Origin: Pseudomonadota bacterium
GTDB lineage: Bacteria; Pseudomonadota; Gammaproteobacteria; Steroidobacterales; Steroidobacteraceae
Direction of reading: 5' to 3'
Assembly (NCBI GenBank): GCA_963204795.1
Contig: CAUJHX010000182.1
Span: 56,903 to 120,902, forward strand
DNA: 64,000 nucleotides
Shown: piece by piece, positions 63,600 to 64,000 of the stretch
Numbering within the stretch: position 1 is the first letter of the stretch
Layout of the letters: each line of letters begins with the position of its first letter
The notes under the pieces: model-generated
Seen by the model: only the letters and a program-made list of their open reading frames with translations
Told to the model about the DNA's origin: nothing
Database searches by the model: none
Position numbers and translations under genes: made by a program

Positions 63600-64000
63600 C
63601 TACTTGTACTGGCACACGTGGAAGCCTGACCCCAGTCGAGGCTCCGGTTTGCATATGCGGTCAGCGGGACAGTCGGGAGCTGACGGGTCGCAAAGCGCCC
63701 CGCGCCCCGCGGTGTCACACTTGTCGCCGCAGCGCACCTCGTCGATCTTTTTGTACGAGAAGATGACGCAGCACTTGCCGCCGCCAGGGCACAAAGTGGC
63801 CGTGTCGCAGCTCACGTGAACCCCGCCGGTGTATCCCATGGGAGAGCCGCACGGGTCGTACTTGCCTTGGAACTTTTCGTCCACGCAGAAGTTCTTGACG
63901 GTCGTGTCGCCAAGAGCGTGCTGTCCCGCGCAGCAGTTGTACTGGTTGTCGATGAAGGGGTTGTAGACGTCGACCACTTTGCAGCTCAGGCCAGTGCCAC
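63600..64000 (-). CDS. Cys-rich secreted-type protein, C-terminal part (5-prime end off-window)
   Basis: The frame stays open to the window edge. There are 20 or more Cys in about 130 aa (NCCAGQ, CPGGGKCC, CGDKC, CPADRIC). It converges on the recombinase gene with a 2-nt gap. Confidence 0.6.
   Translation of the reverse strand, partial: GTGLSCKVVDVYNPFIDNQYNCCAGQHALGDTTVKNFCVDEKFQGKYDPCGSPMGYTGGVHVSCDTATLCPGGGKCCVIFSYKKIDEVRCGDKCDTAGRGALCDPSAPDCPADRICKPEPRLGSGFHVCQYK

Overview
The whole 64-kb window is gene-dense and high-GC (about two-thirds G+C by eye). It reads as one virus- or prophage-like mobile genome. No rRNA, tRNA or CRISPR array was seen.

Layout:
1. A leftward operon runs 11380->1 with about 21 genes, most joined by ATGA/GTGA/TGATG stop-start overlaps. 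It encodes many small CxxC proteins, a nucleoside 2-deoxyribosyltransferase-like protein, ThyX, Tmk and an orphan N6-adenine DNA methyltransferase. It ends in a lysis cassette: a GxSxG hydrolase, an SLT-type lytic transglycosylase and a holin-like ORF that runs off the left edge.
2. A divergent promoter region lies at 11381-11551.
3. A rightward recombination/replication module follows: a YqaJ-type exonuclease, RecT, an initiator gene with an internal iteron/AT-rich ori candidate, a DnaC-like loader, DnaB interrupted by a 417-aa LAGLIDADG intein, and an HD hydrolase.
4. A moron-like stretch spans 19.8-27.2 kb. It holds small genes, many with their own TANNNT -10 box placed 6-10 nt from the start codon (leaderless design). 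Products include a lipoprotein, a dual-specificity phosphatase, a papain-like C1 peptidase and two CXXCXGXG mini-proteins.
5. A long putative virion/assembly module spans 27.8-53.2 kb. I recognise no terminase, portal or tail genes in it. It does contain about 20 tail-anchored small membrane proteins, a 770-aa polybasic repeat protein, three consecutive beta-rich capsid candidates, a transglutaminase-like protease-fold protein, a triplicated MGN paralog family and a J-domain protein.
6. A cassette with two GT4 glycosyltransferases.
7. Small regulator-like genes and a 1554-aa tyrosine-recombinase fusion.
8. A convergent, partial Cys-rich ORF at the right edge.

All functional calls rest on motifs read by eye. 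No database search was possible. The many long Arg/Ala-rich ORFs on opposite or alternative frames are treated as GC-shadow ORFs.
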